Below, piece by piece: positions 63,413 through 64,000 of a stretch of 64,000 nucleotides of DNA. Position 1 is the first letter of the stretch. Each line of letters begins with the position of its first letter. Below the pieces are notes generated by a model that saw only the letters and a program-made list of their open reading frames with translations, was not told the origin of the DNA and did no database searches. The stretch lies in NCBI GenBank assembly GCA_017499595.2, contig CM039000.1, forward strand, positions 3,162,001 through 3,226,000, written 5' to 3'. The DNA comes from Psilocybe cubensis (lineage: Eukaryota). The position numbers and the translations under genes are program-made.

Positions 63413-64000
63413 ATGTCTTCCTATACTCTTTCAACCTCTGAAATTGCTCTTTTGCTTCGTATATTCAGGCATGGAGCCTTTGCTGAAGATGAAGATTACC
63501 TTGAAGATCTGTTGGTCCGTTTGGAGGCACTCAGCAATCCCTGGGATCTGCCAGAAGATCAGTCCACCTACGTTGTCAACTCTGAGACTCTCCATCATGA
63601 TGTAGACATTGGCCATACTGGGAATCTGGCAGGAACTGAAGTTGTGGGTGAGGATATGGTTGAGGATGAGGATGAGGATAGAGATGAGATTGAGTGGGAG
63701 GATGAGGATGAGGATAGAGATGAGATTGAGTCAGAGGATGAGGATGAGGATGAGGATGGAGAAGAGGATAGAGATCTGAACCAGGAGGTTGTCATGCAAA
63801 AAATGCATGTTGTAGATGGCGGAAAAAGGCTGGCAGTGGCTGGTGGGGATCATGGTAGAGGAGGAGGAGGAGGAGATAAAGGAAAGCATCGTGGCAGAAA
63901 GCCCTGTGTCAGAGGAGGACAAAAGGAACCGCGTCAACAAAACCAGGCTTTGTTGGATGTTGTGGGATTTGAGGATGTGGATAGCAGAGTAGCGGAGAAT
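63413..64000 (+). CDS. Acidic low-complexity protein, runs off the window end
   Basis: Frame open from ATG 63413 to 64000: MSSYTLSTSEIALLLRIF...EDEDEDRDEIEWEDEDEDRDEIESEDEDEDED...; absent from the ORF track because it has no stop in the window. Confidence 0.55.
   Translation, partial: MSSYTLSTSEIALLLRIFRHGAFAEDEDYLEDLLVRLEALSNPWDLPEDQSTYVVNSETLHHDVDIGHTGNLAGTEVVGEDMVEDEDEDRDEIEWEDEDEDRDEIESEDEDEDEDGEEDRDLNQEVVMQKMHVVDGGKRLAVAGGDHGRGGGGGDKGKHRGRKPCVRGGQKEPRQQNQALLDVVGFEDVDSRVAEN

Noticed and set aside
56000-64000. TET/JBP dioxygenase expected beside Plavaka
   Set aside because: No convincing HxD...H...R 2OG-Fe(II) pattern in the frames I read; one could lie beyond the window.

Overview
Eukaryotic, intron-rich genomic DNA. 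The short GT-AG introns and gene families fit a mushroom-forming basidiomycete (Agaricomycetes). The window opens with the 3' end of a chromodomain-bearing Ty3/Gypsy retrotransposon with a 142-bp LTR. A core-gene block follows: a membrane protein, CAB4 (PPAT) head-to-head with an ERF2-like DHHC palmitoyltransferase, a Zn2Cys6 transcription factor, a Sac2-type phosphoinositide phosphatase, ORC3 and UPF1. Accessory genes are interspersed: a FunK1 relic, two paralogous F-box/LRR genes and two single-pass PPxY membrane proteins. From ~48.1 kb to the end is a DNA-transposon zone, where a disabled CACTA/CMC-like transposase is cut off at ~52.41 kb by an AT-rich block. That block holds an apparently intact Plavaka transposase, an orphan gene, a highly divergent 14-3-3-like gene lacking most phosphopeptide-binding residues, an F-box-like gene with an internal stop, an intron-retaining ULA1 (NEDD8 E1) fragment, long palindromes sharing one core, and a ~1.5-kb array of ~20 stem-loops whose loops occur in both orientations. 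This putative cargo-carrying Plavaka unit is the best candidate for an undescribed system. All family calls come from manual translation and motif recognition; no searches were run, and exon boundaries are my predictions.
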